A stretch of DNA of 61,718 nt, counting the filler, from Globobulimina sp. (Eukaryota), in assembly GCA_003354225.1 (NCBI GenBank). It is 24 parts of 24 records of this genome, joined end to end, with 100 filler letters (N's around TTAATTAATTAA, not from the genome) between each part and the next. Parts side by side here need not be neighbours in the genome. Positions count along the whole stretch, not along the records: positions 59,245 to 61,718 come from PIVH01006473.1; 23 more parts are not named here. One strand, written 5' to 3'. Positions 60,418 through 61,718 of this stretch are shown here, in pieces. The first letter of the stretch is position 1. Every line of letters starts with the position of its first letter. The notes below the pieces were generated by a model. It saw only the letters and a program-made list of their open reading frames with translations, was not told the DNA's origin and searched no databases. Both the position numbers and the translations under genes were made by a program.

Positions 60418-61533
60418 ATGATGTCACTTTTCCCAATTTATTTGATAGGTTCATTTCCAAAACCATCATATTTAAAGATTCCGTCATGGTTTGATTCAAC
60501 TCAATTTGGTTTCAGTGCGGACAAATTCTCCGATTATATGAAACATCATAATAACAAAAAGAATCAAGAAGCATTACAAGAAGCATTTGGTGAAGTGATC
60601 AAAGAACAAATAAACTTAAAATGTGATATTATCACTGATGGAGAAATTGACAGAGAAAATTATATGTGGCATTTTTGTCGATTCTGTTTGAATGGCTTTG
60701 ATTTTAACAATTTACAAAAAATTACACCTCGGAATGATATAACCTGCATGATCGCACCTCGCATATTCAAGAAAATCACACTCAACTCCGACAGTGCGGA
60801 TTTTATGGGAACTCAATGGATGAAACTTCAAAAACAATCTGCAAAACCAATCAAAATTGCAATTCCTGGCCCGATGACAATTATGGACAGCACTTACAAT
60901 GAATATTATGCTGATAACATCGAGGAATTATTGCTTGATTTAGCAAAATGTATCAATGCATTTATTTTGGATTTGACAAAGAAATTCAAAGTGAAATTTA
61001 TACAAATCGATGAACCGGTATTTGCGAGAAAGCCGGACTTAGCAAATAAAATTGGTTTTGCCGCAATGAAAAAATGTTGGGAAAATGTCCCAAAATCTGT
61101 GTATAAATCGATTCATATTTGCTGTGGTTATTGGGACGAATTGGATGTTGAATATGAAAAAGCTGAGAATTCGGCTTATGTCAAATTGGCTCAATATGGA
61201 ATGGATGATTTTTTGTTTGATGAATGTGGAGTTAATGCCATTTCCATTGAAGATGCACATTGTAGAGTGCCAATGGAATTTTTCAAATCGATCGACAAAT
61301 TGGATGTTATTTTAGGAGTTATTAAAGTTTGTGAAACTGAAATGTACTCAACATCGGAGATTGTACAAAGAGTGCAAGATATTATCAACTTTGGTAAGAT
61401 GAAAGCATCAAAATTATTATTATCGCCTGATTGTGGTTTAGCAATGTTACCGTTGGGTATTGTTAGAAAGAAAATGAAGACGTTGTGTGAAGCGCGCAAT
61501 GTTTTGAGATTACACTACCAATCGAAATTATAA
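60418..61533 (+). CDS. Cobalamin-independent methionine synthase-like protein, catalytic (C-terminal) domain only
   Basis: IGSFPKP, DIITDGEIDRENY, IPGPMT, IQIDEP, HICCGY (Zn His/Cys), SIED, SPDCGL; 371 aa, intronless. Confidence 0.9.
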   Translation: MMSLFPIYLIGSFPKPSYLKIPSWFDSTQFGFSADKFSDYMKHHNNKKNQEALQEAFGEVIKEQINLKCDIITDGEIDRENYMWHFCRFCLNGFDFNNLQKITPRNDITCMIAPRIFKKITLNSDSADFMGTQWMKLQKQSAKPIKIAIPGPMTIMDSTYNEYYADNIEELLLDLAKCINAFILDLTKKFKVKFIQIDEPVFARKPDLANKIGFAAMKKCWENVPKSVYKSIHICCGYWDELDVEYEKAENSAYVKLAQYGMDDFLFDECGVNAISIEDAHCRVPMEFFKSIDKLDVILGVIKVCETEMYSTSEIVQRVQDIINFGKMKASKLLLSPDCGLAMLPLGIVRKKMKTLCEARNVLRLHYQSKL

Positions 61534-61718
61534 AAATTACTTTTGTTGCTCTCCATCCTTGCACAATTGTAGCATAAGCGCGATGAGCCCCTTGATTTAA
61601 AGATTTTTTGAAGTGAGTTAGTGGCTTAGTGCTCATAAAAGTTAATACTTTAGAACAGATCTTATAGTTTCAAAGCTGCATGTTCCAAAAGAAAGTGTTT
61701 AGTGAATGTTTGAAAGGC

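Noticed and set aside
56805-61533. ovoA + methionine synthase as a sulfur-metabolism gene cluster
   Set aside because: They lie on different contigs joined artificially; adjacency carries no information

Overview
This window is not a continuous locus. It is 24 unrelated contigs of 2474-2478 bp, sorted by decreasing length and joined by 23 artificial 100-bp spacers (N44-TTAATTAATTAA-N44), so gene neighbourhood is meaningful only within a contig. Most contigs come from an AT-rich eukaryote with short (50-77 nt) GT-AG introns and the standard genetic code. A protist such as a foraminiferan is my inference from style, not something the sequence demonstrates. Eukaryotic genes include RIO1, NRDE-2, a syntaxin, a Sec7-PH-FYVE GEF, a GRIP golgin, a sedolisin, an MIT-like/PI3K protein, XK-like membrane proteins, OvoA, a sterol desaturase-family protein and a core methionine synthase. 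There are also Ty3/Gypsy and non-LTR retroelement remnants. Contig 15465-17940 is phage-like, probably from a Bacteroidota host, and contig 23193-25668 carries a bacterial aguA + SDR pair. Highlights: (1) a 154-aa intein-like Hint (BIL-type) domain between a CAP-Gly-like domain and a ferlin-type C2 domain; (2) a phage leader made of a Bacteroidota promoter box, a 12-aa leader ORF and a G.U-rich 22-bp hairpin whose loop is complementary to the leader's start region, resembling antisense-immunity/attenuator RNAs; (3) a secreted ComEA-like HhH + thrombospondin-repeat protein; (4) a betaine-binding-like domain fused to an XK-like membrane region. All calls come from reading motifs by eye; no database search was run.
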